Shown piece by piece: positions 63,719-64,000 of a stretch of 64,000 nt of DNA. The stretch is taken from assembly GCA_963806265.1 (NCBI GenBank), contig CAWDXT010000022.1, forward strand, positions 5,816 to 69,815, written 5' to 3'. Made by a program: the position numbers and the translations under genes. This DNA comes from an uncultured Chloroflexia bacterium (lineage in GTDB: Bacteria > Chloroflexota > Limnocylindria > Limnocylindrales > CSP1-4). The notes below the pieces were generated by a model. It did not search any database and was not told where the DNA came from. It was given only the letters and a program-made list of their open reading frames with translations. Every line of letters starts with the position of its first letter. Within the stretch, counting starts at the first letter, position 1.

Positions 63719-64000
63719 CTATCGGTAGTTCTCGAACTGCAGCGGAACCGCCTCGTCCAGACCTCGCAGCCGAACGATGACACGCTGCAGCTCATCCTTG
63801 CTCTTGCCCGCGACGCGAATCGCATCGCCCTGGACGCGGGGCTGGACCTTCGGGAACTCGTCCCGGATCAGCTTGACCAGCTTGCGCGCAAGATCCTCGG
63901 GCAGACCGCGGCGCAGACCGATCTGCTGCCGCACGCGATTGCCACCCGCCGGCTCCACCTCGCCCCATTCGAAGATCTTGAGCGACAGGTTTCGACGAAG
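63719..64000 (-). CDS. yajQ: YajQ (UPF0234/DUF520) family nucleotide-binding protein; 5' end outside the window
   Basis: C-terminal half ...GNRVRQQIGLRRGLPEDLARKLVKLIRDEFPKVQPRVQGDAIRVAGKSKDELQRVIVRLRGLDEAVPLQFENYR*. The ORF stays open to the window end. Confidence 0.7.
   Translation of the reverse strand, partial: LRRNLSLKIFEWGEVEPAGGNRVRQQIGLRRGLPEDLARKLVKLIRDEFPKVQPRVQGDAIRVAGKSKDELQRVIVRLRGLDEAVPLQFENYR

Overview
High-GC (about 70%) actinobacterial-type chromosomal segment with roughly 55 protein-coding genes and no rRNA, tRNA, CRISPR, transposase or integrase that I could recognise. Because of the GC content all six frames carry long Arg/Ala/Gly/Pro-rich spurious ORFs, so genes were called only where the translation looks like a real protein family. 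Many genes can only be reconstructed by hopping between two or three frames, i.e. they carry apparent frameshifts, while long neighbours are perfectly intact. Examples of the broken ones are the MetE-like gene, the Tet(M)-like GTPase, the whole fructosamine-utilisation locus and ettA. Intact neighbours include the S9 prolyl oligopeptidase, the LAL regulator, a 969-aa arylsulfatase and an SDR. Main content, 5' to 3': an APH-family kinase (partial), a MetE-like methyltransferase, a DUF1801 protein, a Tet(M)/OtrA-like ribosomal-protection GTPase, a DUF2254 membrane protein, a VOC protein and a DUF1684 protein. Next comes an frl-like fructosamine/Amadori-compound utilisation locus with two FrlB-like SIS deglycases, an FrlD-like kinase, an SBP lipoprotein, two permeases, a LacI regulator and a creatininase-family protein. 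Then dienelactone hydrolase, OsmC, a cNMP-binding protein, a second APH-family kinase and the EttA ABC-F ATPase. After that is a mosaic region of MDR-oxidoreductase gene remnants with a roughly 46-bp direct repeat. Further genes are SDR, prolyl oligopeptidase, a sensor-like membrane protein, a 970-aa LAL (LuxR) regulator, SRPBCC, DUF1810, an EamA transporter, GT2, a DHA2 MFS pump and a di-haem cytochrome c peroxidase. The AmmeMemoRadiSam trio follows: AMMECR1 protein A, the radical SAM enzyme and Memo protein B. Then a secreted phosphoesterase, a GH18 lipoprotein, an ABC exporter, NAPRTase (pncB), a LURP-one-like protein and an arylsulfatase fused to an N-terminal DUF1269 domain. Next is an ECF transporter (S, A1, A2, T) divergent from a BNR beta-propeller gene that overlaps a MoaD/ThiS-like GG protein, then a CynX-like MFS, a second arylsulfatase and DUF952. 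The window ends with a TPP enzyme carrying an acidic tandem-repeat N-terminus and a partial YajQ. Several short in-gene or gene-flanking tandem repeats (18, 20 and 21 bp) and perfect-palindrome hairpins between convergent genes are present.
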